DNA from: an uncultured Solirubrobacterales bacterium
Lineage (GTDB): Bacteria; Actinomycetota; Thermoleophilia; Solirubrobacterales; 70-9
Direction: 5' to 3'
NCBI GenBank assembly: GCA_963795765.1
Contig: CAWCJW010000005.1
Location: 18,984-82,983, forward strand
DNA length: 64,000 nucleotides
The notes under the pieces were generated by a model. It was not told the origin of the DNA. It made no database searches and saw nothing but the letters and a program-made list of their open reading frames with translations. The translations under genes were made by a program, and so were the position numbers. Numbering within the stretch: the stretch's first letter is position 1; every line of letters begins with the position of its first letter. Positions 9,571-17,901 of the stretch are shown here, in pieces.

Positions 9571-10658
9571 GTTGGTTGCTGGTCTTCGGCGGGCTCTGCC
9601 TGCTCATCGTCCTGCACGAGGCGGGCCACTTCGTCGCGGCCAAGGCGACCGGCATGCGGGTCGAGAAATTCTTCCTCTTCTTTGGTCCCAAACTGTTCTC
9701 GGTGAGACGCGGCGAGACCGAGTACGGCGTCGCCGCGATCCCGCTCGGGGGCTACGTGAAAATCACCGGCATGACCGCGGAGGAGGACGTCCCGCCTGAG
9801 GTCGTCGACCGCGCCTACTACCGCCAGCCCGTCTGGAAGCGAATCGTCGTGATCGGGGCCGGGCCGGCGGTCAACATCGTTCTCGGCTTCGCGATCCTCT
9901 TCGTCGTTGCCCTGACCAGCGCCTCGATGGCGACCCAGACCGTCCACGAAGTCGTGCCGAAGACGCCGGCCAACGGCGTCCTTCACCCCGGCGACACGAT
10001 CCTCGCGGTCGACGGGCACCGCTACCCAGGCCTGGACAGCGAAGCCCGGGTCACCCGTTTTCGCGAAGAGATTGCGACCCATCGCTGCGCCGGCAAGCAG
10101 AAGGAAGGCTGCGTGGCGACGACACCTGTGGTGCTGACAATCAAACGGGACGGCCAGGTTCAGCGGGTTGCGGTCAAACCCGAATACAGCGCTTCGGCGG
10201 GACAGGCCCTGGTCGGTTTCTCCTTCGGTAGTCGCCCAATTGCCATCGGCGTCGGGACCGCCGTCAGCCGCGCCGGCAACTTCGGCTGGCTGGTGGTCAA
10301 AGAAACGACAAAACGCTTCGCCAGGATCTTCGATTCCAAGGAACGCAAGGAAATCTCGGGCATCGTCGGTGTCAGCGATGTCGGCCACCAGACGGTCCAG
10401 CTCGGCGCGGCCGCGGCACTCACTTTCCTCGCCCTGATCAGCCTCTCGCTGGGCCTGATCAATCTCTTCCCGTTCCTTCCCCTCGACGGCGGCCACATCT
10501 TCTGGAGCCTGGTCGAGAAGGTCCGCGGCAGACCCGTCTCACTGCGGGTGATGGAGCGCGCCAGCGTCGTCGGCATCATCCTGGTGGCGATGCTGGTCGT
10601 GATCGGCCTGACCAACGACATCGGCCGCCTCACCGGTGAAGGCTTCCACGTCCGCTGA
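9567..10658 (+). CDS. rseP: Site-2 protease, M50 family zinc metalloprotease (RseP/Rip1-like) with PDZ region
   Basis: HEAGH zinc motif near the N-terminus and NLFPFLPLDGG near the C-terminus. ATGA overlap with the dxr stop. Confidence 0.85.
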   Translation: MSWLLVFGGLCLLIVLHEAGHFVAAKATGMRVEKFFLFFGPKLFSVRRGETEYGVAAIPLGGYVKITGMTAEEDVPPEVVDRAYYRQPVWKRIVVIGAGPAVNIVLGFAILFVVALTSASMATQTVHEVVPKTPANGVLHPGDTILAVDGHRYPGLDSEARVTRFREEIATHRCAGKQKEGCVATTPVVLTIKRDGQVQRVAVKPEYSASAGQALVGFSFGSRPIAIGVGTAVSRAGNFGWLVVKETTKRFARIFDSKERKEISGIVGVSDVGHQTVQLGAAAALTFLALISLSLGLINLFPFLPLDGGHIFWSLVEKVRGRPVSLRVMERASVVGIILVAMLVVIGLTNDIGRLTGEGFHVR

Positions 10659-10664
10659 GCGCGG

Positions 10665-11609
10665 CTACTTCTTCGCCAGGACCTTGAAGCCGTAAGAGGC
10701 TGGGCTCGGGTCGAGCTTGCCGGAGTCATCGCGAGCGCGGATCTTGAAGGTGTGATGGCCGAGCCCCAGGCGACCGGTCGTGAAGGGCGAGGTGCACGCC
10801 CTGTATCGGGCGCCGTCGAGCTTGCATTGGAAGCTGGAGCCGGGCTCGCTGGAGGCGAAGCGGAAAGTCGGTGTGCGGTCGCGGGTCTTTTTCGCGGGCT
10901 TGCGCTTAAGCGTTGTCTGCGGAGCACCGCGCTGGCTGGGCCCGCCGCCACCGCTTCCTTCGGTTGGCTGGCCACCGCCGGCACGGCCGCAAGGACGCTC
11001 GCTTGGAGCAGTCGAGTTGGGGCGGGGCAGGGGGAAGACCGCGGCGAAATCGGCGACGCTGTTGTCGTGGTCGTCGGTCGGCTCGAGCAGGCTGGCGCAG
11101 CCCGGAGCGATCGTTCGGCGCAGGGCCATGCCATCGGGGATCGCCGCCGCGGGGGTCCCGGTGGGGCTTGGCGTCGTGCCGGCGAAATTGCCCCAGGAGA
11201 CGCAGTCGAGGTTTTCCCAGCAGACCGCACCGCCGGCCGGGTCGAGCTGCCCGGAGGGGGAGAGCGGCCCGTCGGCTTTGAGCCCGAAGCGCGTTTCGGC
11301 CTGCGAGGTGGCCATCAGGATCGTGCTCTGGTTGGCATCAGCGGGTACGTTCGCGGGAAAGGTGTTGGTCCCCACCAGGCCACCCGCTGCGTTGTAGATG
11401 CGCAGAACGTGGCCGCCGACCAGGTTCTGACCCGGGGCCCACATCTGCAGCTCGACGTACTCGGCTTCGGCTTCGGTGCTCGAGCCCGGGTAGAGCTCCC
11501 GGATCGACATCTCGTGGAAGGTGGCGTGCGCCAGCGGCGCCGTGAGCAGGGAGATGGCCGCAGAGGCGAATAGGCCCGGTGCGAACCTGCGTAGTCCCGA
11601 CCTAGCCAT
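10665..11609 (-). CDS. Secreted lamin-tail-domain (LTD) protein with one two-Cys Ig-like module
   Basis: ATG 11609 gives the signal peptide MARSGLRRFAPGLFASAAISLLTAPLAHA. LTD-like segment (IRELYPG...EYVELQMW...LDCVSWGNF), Gly-rich linker, then KTRDRTPTFRF..FQCKLDG..C..GHHTFKIRARD. Paralog of the upstream gene. An ATG at 11651 is an alternative start. Confidence 0.6.
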   Translation of the reverse strand: MARSGLRRFAPGLFASAAISLLTAPLAHATFHEMSIRELYPGSSTEAEAEYVELQMWAPGQNLVGGHVLRIYNAAGGLVGTNTFPANVPADANQSTILMATSQAETRFGLKADGPLSPSGQLDPAGGAVCWENLDCVSWGNFAGTTPSPTGTPAAAIPDGMALRRTIAPGCASLLEPTDDHDNSVADFAAVFPLPRPNSTAPSERPCGRAGGGQPTEGSGGGGPSQRGAPQTTLKRKPAKKTRDRTPTFRFASSEPGSSFQCKLDGARYRACTSPFTTGRLGLGHHTFKIRARDDSGKLDPSPASYGFKVLAKK

Positions 11610-13407
11610 GCTCAATCCGGAAGCTGAAGCTGGTCGGCGTGGGGTCAGCAACGCCGTCGAGCACGGCGCGAACTTTGAGGGTGTGCCTTCCCGGCGCCAG
11701 TGACTTGGTCGTCAGCGGGGACTTGCACGGCTTGAAGGCCGAGTGATCGAGCTGGCACTGGAAGCTCGCCCCCCGGGCGGAGGAGTGGAAGCGGAATGTC
11801 GGGGTGCGATCGCGGGTCTTCGCGGACGGCTTGGCCACGAGCGCGGTCTCCGGGCGAACCGTCGCTACTTTGCCGTCAGCCCCTGGCGCCGCGGAGGGCT
11901 GCGCCGGCGCCGGTGTGATGGAAGCGAGAAGAACGACGTTGAAGCTGTGGCCAGCGGGGGTCTGGTCGGTGTTGTCGCTGGGGTCCGTCGCCCGCACCTG
12001 GAAGGCGTGGGGCCCGCTTGCGAGGCCGCTGTAGGAGATTCCCGTGGGGGCGCAGGAGGAGAAGGACGCGTTGTCCAGTGAGCACTCGAAGCTGGAGCCC
12101 GGCTCGTTCGAGGAGTAGGTGAAGCTGGCGCTAGCGCTTCCGCTTGGGTCCGGCGGGCCCGAGTCAATCGAGGTTTCCGGCGCGGTCGTATCGAGCAGTG
12201 AGTTGTCGACCGTCCAGCTGAATTCGGTCGCGGTCAGCTGCTGATTGCCGGCGCCATCGGTGGCTTCAACGGCAAAACTGTGCTCACCATCGGCGAGGCC
12301 GTGGTAGGTCATACCGCTGGTTGGGCAGGCGGACGGGAGGGCGCCGTCGAGCGAGCATTTGAAGCTCGATCCCGGCTCGTTTTGGGCGTGGTAGGTGAAC
12401 TGGGCCGTGGCGCCGGGGCTGGGGTCGGCCGGGTGGGTATCGATCGTCGCGACCGGGGGAGCGGTGTCGACCGTCCAGCTGTAGCTCGCCGGTGTCGGGT
12501 CCGGGCCGGATGCGTTGACTCCCCGCACCTGAAAGGTGTGGCTACCGTCGGCAAGGCCCGTGTATTCCTTCGGCCCGCCGTTCGGGCAAGCGCTGAAGAC
12601 GGCGACGTCCAATTTGCATTCGTAGCTGGTCGCGGTCGGTGCTTCGTAGGTGAATTCGGCGCTGCTGCTGTTTGAGCGCAGCGCCGGCTTGTCGTCAATC
12701 GCGGTGTTGGGGGCGCCGGCGCAGGTGTGTTCGCTGATCGGGCTGGAGTCGTTGCGCGGCGCCGGGGTGACTTCGGAGAAATCGGCGGCGCTGTTGTCGC
12801 TGTCGTCGCTTTCCTCGAGCAGGGTCGGGCAGCCCGGTTCGATCGTGCGGCGAATTGCGTTGCCGGCGACGATGCCGGTCGGCGAGACGGGTGTGCCGGC
12901 GCTGGTCCCGGTTGAGATCTGCAGCGCTCCACCGCCGCTGAAGTTGCCCCAGGCAACGCAATCGGCCGGAATTCCGCCGGCGTTCCAGCAGGCCGCACCG
13001 CCGGCGGCATTGATCGTCAGGCTGCTGTCGACCAGGTCGGGGGTGACGCCGAAGGCTTCCTGGACCCGCGTGTCGCCGATCAGCACGGTCTGCTGGTTAG
13101 CCGAGTTGGGGACCGAGGCGGAGAAGGTCGAGCTGTGCACCAGCGAGCCGCTGGCGTTGTAGACGGTCATCGAGTGGCCGCTGAGCAGGCTCTGGCCCGC
13201 TGCGAACATCTGCAGCTCGACGTAGCTGTCGTCGTTGGTGCCGGGATGAACTTCGCGCACCTTGATCAGGTGGAAGGTCGCCTGCGCGGGCGCGGCGGCG
13301 ATGAGGAGGAAGGCGACGACGAGCAAGGGCAGGCCGAGGCGGCCCCGCCTCCGGTCAACGGCCATTCCCCCTGAGCCACGGATCTGAACACCCATGCGTT
13401 TCTGCAT
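11602..13407 (-). CDS. Secreted LTD protein with four tandem two-Cys Ig-like modules
   Basis: Signal peptide (RRRGRLGLPLLVVAFLLIAAAPAQA) and an LTD (VREVHPG..SYVELQMF..ADCVAWGNF). Four repeats of about 85 aa follow the pattern F.C.LD....C......L..G.H.F.V.A.D..G..D.TPA...W.VD. The start is uncertain (ATG 13407, 13395 or 13365). Confidence 0.6.
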   Translation of the reverse strand: MQKRMGVQIRGSGGMAVDRRRGRLGLPLLVVAFLLIAAAPAQATFHLIKVREVHPGTNDDSYVELQMFAAGQSLLSGHSMTVYNASGSLVHSSTFSASVPNSANQQTVLIGDTRVQEAFGVTPDLVDSSLTINAAGGAACWNAGGIPADCVAWGNFSGGGALQISTGTSAGTPVSPTGIVAGNAIRRTIEPGCPTLLEESDDSDNSAADFSEVTPAPRNDSSPISEHTCAGAPNTAIDDKPALRSNSSSAEFTYEAPTATSYECKLDVAVFSACPNGGPKEYTGLADGSHTFQVRGVNASGPDPTPASYSWTVDTAPPVATIDTHPADPSPGATAQFTYHAQNEPGSSFKCSLDGALPSACPTSGMTYHGLADGEHSFAVEATDGAGNQQLTATEFSWTVDNSLLDTTAPETSIDSGPPDPSGSASASFTYSSNEPGSSFECSLDNASFSSCAPTGISYSGLASGPHAFQVRATDPSDNTDQTPAGHSFNVVLLASITPAPAQPSAAPGADGKVATVRPETALVAKPSAKTRDRTPTFRFHSSARGASFQCQLDHSAFKPCKSPLTTKSLAPGRHTLKVRAVLDGVADPTPTSFSFRIEHG

Positions 13408-13468
13408 ACGCGCCGTTCATGATCGAGGTTCAATCCGCTCAGCCAAGCGCCATCGCTAGGCTCTGCGC

Positions 13469-14722
13469 ATGGCTTCCAAGCGGCAGATATTCGTTGGCAA
13501 GGTGCCGATCGGCGGCGGCGCTCCGGTCGCCGTGCAGACGATGACCAAGACCGAGACCGCCAACCTGGCGGCGACGATGGAGCAGATCCACAAGGTCGCC
13601 GATGCCGGCGCCGACATCGTCCGCTGCGCCGTGCCGCGCGACGAGGACGTAGAGGCACTGAAGACGATCGTCAAGGAATCGCCGATCCCGGTGATCGCCG
13701 ACATCCACTTCAACCACACCCTGGCGCTGAAGGCAATCGACGCCGGTGCCCACTGCATCCGCCTCAACCCGGGCAACATCGGCGGTCGCGACAAGGTCGC
13801 CGAGGTCGCCGAGCGGGCGAACGCGGCCGGCGTGCCGATGCGGATCGGGGTCAACTCCGGCTCGCTGCCCAAGCACCTGCACGCGCTCGAGCGCGAGAGC
13901 CCGGTCGAGGCGCTGGTCGCCGCCGCGGTCGAGTTCGTCGAGCTCATGGAGTCGCTGGATTTCGAGAACTTCAAGGTCTCGATCAAGTCGACCAACGTGC
14001 CCAACACGATCGCCGCCAACCGGCTGCTCTCGGAGAAGATTCCCTACCCGCTGCACCTCGGCATCACCGAGGCCGGCACCAAGTGGTCAGGATCGCTCAA
14101 GTCGGCGGTCGGGCTGGGCACGCTGCTCGCCGATGGGATCGGCGACACGATCCGGATCAGCCTCTCGACCTTCCACGCCGAGGAGGAGGTCAAGGTCGCC
14201 TGGGAGATCCTCAAGGCGCTGCAGCTGCGCGAGCGCGGCCCGGTGCTGATCGCCTGCCCGACCTGCGGCCGCCTGCAGTTCGACATGGACTCGGTCGTGG
14301 CCGAAATCGAGCAGCGGCTGGAAAGCTACGCCGAGCCGATCGAGGTCGCCGTGCTCGGCTGCGCGGTCAACGGAATTGGCGAGGCCTCGCACGCGGACTT
14401 CGGCATCGCTGGGGCCAAGAACGAGGGCCTGATCTACGCTCACGGCAAGCCGCTGCGCAAGGTCCCGCAAGAGAAGCTCGTCGACACGCTCTTCGAAGAG
14501 ATCGACAAATCGCTCGACCGTGGCACGGTCGAGTTTGACGAGAACGAGTCGCGCGAGGGCGCCGCCTGGCTGGCCAAGATCGAGGCCGAGAACGCCGGCG
14601 ACCTGACGCCGGAGAAGATCGCGCGGATGGAGCACGAAGCGGCCGAAAAGGGCGAGTCGGACAAGGTCCTGCTCGACGAGGAGGCCTCGCCTACCGCCAG
14701 CCGCCGCTTCACCCGCGCCTGA
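13469..14722 (+). CDS. ispG: 4-hydroxy-3-methylbut-2-en-1-yl diphosphate synthase
   Basis: Full-length GcpE/IspG similarity (IADIHFNH, RINPGNIG, ACPTCGR, GCAVNG). Confidence 0.95.
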   Translation: MASKRQIFVGKVPIGGGAPVAVQTMTKTETANLAATMEQIHKVADAGADIVRCAVPRDEDVEALKTIVKESPIPVIADIHFNHTLALKAIDAGAHCIRLNPGNIGGRDKVAEVAERANAAGVPMRIGVNSGSLPKHLHALERESPVEALVAAAVEFVELMESLDFENFKVSIKSTNVPNTIAANRLLSEKIPYPLHLGITEAGTKWSGSLKSAVGLGTLLADGIGDTIRISLSTFHAEEEVKVAWEILKALQLRERGPVLIACPTCGRLQFDMDSVVAEIEQRLESYAEPIEVAVLGCAVNGIGEASHADFGIAGAKNEGLIYAHGKPLRKVPQEKLVDTLFEEIDKSLDRGTVEFDENESREGAAWLAKIEAENAGDLTPEKIARMEHEAAEKGESDKVLLDEEASPTASRRFTRA

Positions 14723-14836
14723 GGCGGGACGACCGGCGCCTGGCGGCGTCCTCAGTCGCTCACGTGCAGAGCACGCTTCGCTCCCTGCGTCCTGGCCAGG
14801 CTTGGCCCTCCCGCCTCAGGAAATAGACTCGCCGGA

Positions 14837-16348
14837 ATGGCCACCAAAGGGATCTCGCCCACTCGCGCGGAGGACTTTCCCGCCTGGTTTCAGAGCGTCG
14901 TCCGCGAGGCCGAGGTGGCCGAACTGGCCCACGTCCGCGGCTCAATGGTGATCAGGCCCTGGGGCTACGCAATCTGGGAGCTGATGCAGGCCGAGCTCGA
15001 CCGGGAAATCAAGGCGAGCGGCGCCCAGAACGCCTACTTCCCGCTCTTCATCCCCCTCAGCTACTTCGAGGCTGAGGCGAAACACGTCCAGGGCTTTGCC
15101 AAGGAGATGGCAGTGGTCACGCACCACAGGCTCGAAGAGGACCCCGCCAACCCCGAGAAGCTGCGGCCGGGAGGGGAGCTGGCGGAGCCGCTGATCGTGC
15201 GCCCGACTTCGGAGACGATCATCGGCAAGTCGTTTGCGAAATGGATCAACTCCTACCGCGACCTGCCGCTGATGGTCAACCAGTGGGCCAACGTGGTGCG
15301 TTGGGAGATGCGGCCGCGGGTCCTGCTGCGCACCACCGAGTTCCTCTGGCAGGAGGGGCACACGGCCCACGCCAGCGAGGAGGAGGCGCGGCGCGAGACC
15401 GAGGACATGCTCGAGGTCTACCGGCGCTTCGCCGAGTCGTTCCTGGCGATGCCCGTCGTGACCGGCGAGAAGCCCGAGGAAGAGCGCTTCCCGGGCGCCG
15501 TGATGAGCCTCTCGATCGAGGCGATGATGCAGGACGGCAAGGCCCTGCAGGCCGGCACCTCGCACTACCTGGGGCAGAGCTTCGCCGAGGCGGCCGAGAT
15601 CGATTTCCTCGACAAAGACGGCGAGCGCCAGCTCGTCCACACCTCTTCCTGGGGCGTCTCCACGCGTCTGCTCGGCGCCCTGATCATGTCCCACGGCGAC
15701 GACGTCGGCCTGCGCCTGCCGCCGACGGTGGCGCCGCAGCAGGTCGTCGTCATTCCGGTGCTGAGGGGCAAGGACGACGACGCCATCCGGGCCGAGGTGG
15801 AGTCCCTCGCCGCCGAGCTCCGTGAGGAGTCATTCCAGGGGAAGCCGCTGCGTGTGCTCGCCGACCTGCGCGATCGGGAAGGACAGGCAAAGCGCTGGGA
15901 GTGGACGAGGAAGGGTGTCCCCGTGATCATCGAAATAGGTCCCCGCGACCTCGACCAGGGTGTCGTCGCGGTGCGGCGGCGCGACGATGACGACCTCGGC
16001 ATGGAGACCTTGCCGCGAGGTGAGACCGGCGCCAGCGTGGGGGCGATCCTCGAGCAGATCCAGACCCGCTATTTCGAACTCGCCGCGGAGCGCTTGGCCT
16101 CGGGGACGGCCCGGGAGATCAAGGGCGTGGAGGAATTCAGGGAATGGTTCGCCGGTGAGGAGGACGCTGCGTCCAGTGGCTTCGTCAGGGCCCCCTGGAG
16201 CGAAGCTGCGGAGTCAGCCTCGATCCTCGAAGAGCTTAAGGTCTCGGTTCGGTGCATTCCCTTCGACCAGCAGCTCGCGCCCGGCAGTGCCTGCGTCCTC
16301 ACCGGCAAGCCGGCGGCGGTCGAAGCGGTGTTCGGCAAGGCCTACTAG
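14837..16348 (+). CDS. proS: Prolyl-tRNA synthetase, archaeal/eukaryote-like type (no INS editing domain)
   Basis: 503 aa. N-terminus FPAWFQSVVREAEVAE..VRGSMVIRPWGYAIWE, class II motifs, and a C-terminal domain ending ...VEAVFGKAY. The length and C-terminus match the type lacking the bacterial insertion domain. Confidence 0.9.
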   Translation: MATKGISPTRAEDFPAWFQSVVREAEVAELAHVRGSMVIRPWGYAIWELMQAELDREIKASGAQNAYFPLFIPLSYFEAEAKHVQGFAKEMAVVTHHRLEEDPANPEKLRPGGELAEPLIVRPTSETIIGKSFAKWINSYRDLPLMVNQWANVVRWEMRPRVLLRTTEFLWQEGHTAHASEEEARRETEDMLEVYRRFAESFLAMPVVTGEKPEEERFPGAVMSLSIEAMMQDGKALQAGTSHYLGQSFAEAAEIDFLDKDGERQLVHTSSWGVSTRLLGALIMSHGDDVGLRLPPTVAPQQVVVIPVLRGKDDDAIRAEVESLAAELREESFQGKPLRVLADLRDREGQAKRWEWTRKGVPVIIEIGPRDLDQGVVAVRRRDDDDLGMETLPRGETGASVGAILEQIQTRYFELAAERLASGTAREIKGVEEFREWFAGEEDAASSGFVRAPWSEAAESASILEELKVSVRCIPFDQQLAPGSACVLTGKPAAVEAVFGKAY

Positions 16349-16375
16349 CGGCGACGCGGGCGTCAAGGGCATTCG

Positions 16376-17038
16376 ATGAGTGACACGGCGCCCTTTGGTC
16401 GTGGCCGGGTCCGCCGACTCTTCGGGCTCGATCGCAGCGGCCCGCCGCCGCGGCAGGTGGAGAAGGGCGAACCGCTCAACCCCTGGACGATCCCCAACGC
16501 GGTTGGTTACGTGCGGCTCGCCGCCCTGCCGCTCTTCCTCTGGCTCGCCTTCGAATCGGGCGACGGCCGCAGCGCCCCGGCAGCGATCGTCTTCTGGCTG
16601 ATCGCCGCCGGTGACTACCTCGACGGCTTCCTCGCCCGGGTAACCGGCCAGTACAGCCGCCTCGGCTCGATCCTCGACCCACTCGTCGACCGCCTGACCA
16701 TCCTCTCCGGCGCCGTCGTCTGCTGGAACTTCGAGCTGCTGCCGCGCTGGGCCTTGGCCCTGCTCGCGATCCGCGAGCTGGCGATGCTCTTCCTCGCCCA
16801 GTACGGCCTGCGCCACGGGGTCGAGATCCGGGTCAACTGGCCGGGCCGGATCTCGGTCTTCCCGATCATGGGCGGCATCTTCTTCGCCATGGTCTTCGCC
16901 GGCTGGGTGCCATCGGCGCTGCTGATCGTCGGCCTCGGCTTCGCGATCGTCGCCACCGTGCTCTACGCCCAGACGGGAGTCCGCGAAGTGCGTCGCGCCA
17001 GGGAGCTGGCGTTGCAAGAGCACGGCCATTCTCAATAA
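16376..17038 (+). CDS. CDP-alcohol phosphatidyltransferase (PgsA-like)
   Basis: Complete motif DYLDGFLARVTGQYSRLGSILDPLVD, i.e. D(x)2DG(x)2AR(x)8G(x)3D(x)3D. Multi-TM protein. Confidence 0.85.
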   Translation: MSDTAPFGRGRVRRLFGLDRSGPPPRQVEKGEPLNPWTIPNAVGYVRLAALPLFLWLAFESGDGRSAPAAIVFWLIAAGDYLDGFLARVTGQYSRLGSILDPLVDRLTILSGAVVCWNFELLPRWALALLAIRELAMLFLAQYGLRHGVEIRVNWPGRISVFPIMGGIFFAMVFAGWVPSALLIVGLGFAIVATVLYAQTGVREVRRARELALQEHGHSQ

Positions 17039-17053
17039 ACCTTCAACCTTCAG

Positions 17054-17081
17054 TTGAACCTTCGGCCGACGGACCTATAAT
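17054..17081 (+). promoter_or_regulatory. Putative sigma-70-type promoter of the small-protein/FHA/MerR operon
   Basis: TTGAAC (17054-17059), 16-nt spacer, TATAAT (17076-17081). A strong SD GAAGGAG (17119-17125) precedes ATG 17130. Confidence 0.45.
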
Positions 17082-17129
17082 CGTCGGACCGGCCTCAGCA
17101 GGGGCCAAGACCCGCAATGAAGGAGCGAG

Positions 17130-17396
17130 ATGGAGGACACTTTTCCCGATCTTGGTTCACTCAGCGATGAGGAGCTGAAGAACCTGATCGACAAGCTCAC
17201 GGAGGAGGAGAATGAGATCTCCTACAAGCGCCGCGTCCTGCACGGCAAGATCGACATCCTCCGCGCGGAGCTGGTCAACCGGCTGCGGCAGAAGCGTGAG
17301 CAGGGCGAGTCGCTCTTCTCCGGTGATGACGTCGCCCAGCTGACCGAGATCCTGGCCGGCAAACAGCCCTCTTCAGAGGACGATTCCGCCGCCTGA
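17130..17396 (+). CDS. Small coiled-coil protein, RsiG-like (single c-di-GMP-type motif, Q replaced by H)
   Basis: 88 aa. LSDEELKNLIDKLTEEENEISYKRRVLHGKIDILRAEL contains E27-x3-S31-x2-R34-x3-H38-x3-D42 (nt 17208-17255). High GC3 and a good SD support coding. Confidence 0.5.
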   Translation: MEDTFPDLGSLSDEELKNLIDKLTEEENEISYKRRVLHGKIDILRAELVNRLRQKREQGESLFSGDDVAQLTEILAGKQPSSEDDSAA

Positions 17397-17412
17397 GCGC
17401 GGGGTAAGCACG

Positions 17413-17898
17413 ATGGCCGTCCACTGTCCCGAATGCGGGTTCGTCAACCCCGAGGGCGCCAACTATTGCCAGAAGTGCGGCGCCTTCGTCGGCGGTCCGG
17501 CCGAGGGCGATGGAGGGGGCGGCGACGAACCGACGACGATGACTTACACCGTCGATGACACCGGTGAGATGCAGCCGGTCGACATCGACGAGACGGTCGA
17601 GCGCAGCGGCGCCGCCCTGGTGATCCGCGCCGGCGGCGGTCGCGCCGGCGAGAGCTTTCCGCTCAGCGAGGACCGGGTCAGCATCGGGCGCAGCCCCGAC
17701 GCCGGCGTCTTCCTCGATGACGTGACCGTCTCCCGCAACCACGCGCTGCTGGTCCGCCGCCGCGACGGCCTCTACATCGATGACCTCGGCTCGCTCAACG
17801 GCACCTACGTCAACCGGCGCCGGATCGAGTCGCACCGCCTTGCCGACGGCGACGAGATCCAGGTCGGCAAGTACAAGCTGAGCTACCTGGAGAAGTAG
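17413..17898 (+). CDS. FHA-domain protein (GarA/OdhI-like) with N-terminal zinc ribbon
   Basis: CPECGFVNPEGANYCQKCG ribbon, Thr-rich segment EPTTMTYTV, and an FHA core (VSIGRSPDAGVFLDDVTVSRNHALL...GSLNGTYVN). Confidence 0.85.
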   Translation: MAVHCPECGFVNPEGANYCQKCGAFVGGPAEGDGGGGDEPTTMTYTVDDTGEMQPVDIDETVERSGAALVIRAGGGRAGESFPLSEDRVSIGRSPDAGVFLDDVTVSRNHALLVRRRDGLYIDDLGSLNGTYVNRRRIESHRLADGDEIQVGKYKLSYLEK

Positions 17899-17901
17899 GC
17901 G

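Noticed and set aside
17060-17090. Palindrome ccgacg / cgtcgg (17066-17071 and 17082-17087) around the -10 box as a MerR operator
   Set aside because: MerR-type promoters usually have 19-20 nt spacers with the dyad inside the spacer. Here the spacer is 16 nt and the 6-bp arms are too short to exclude chance.
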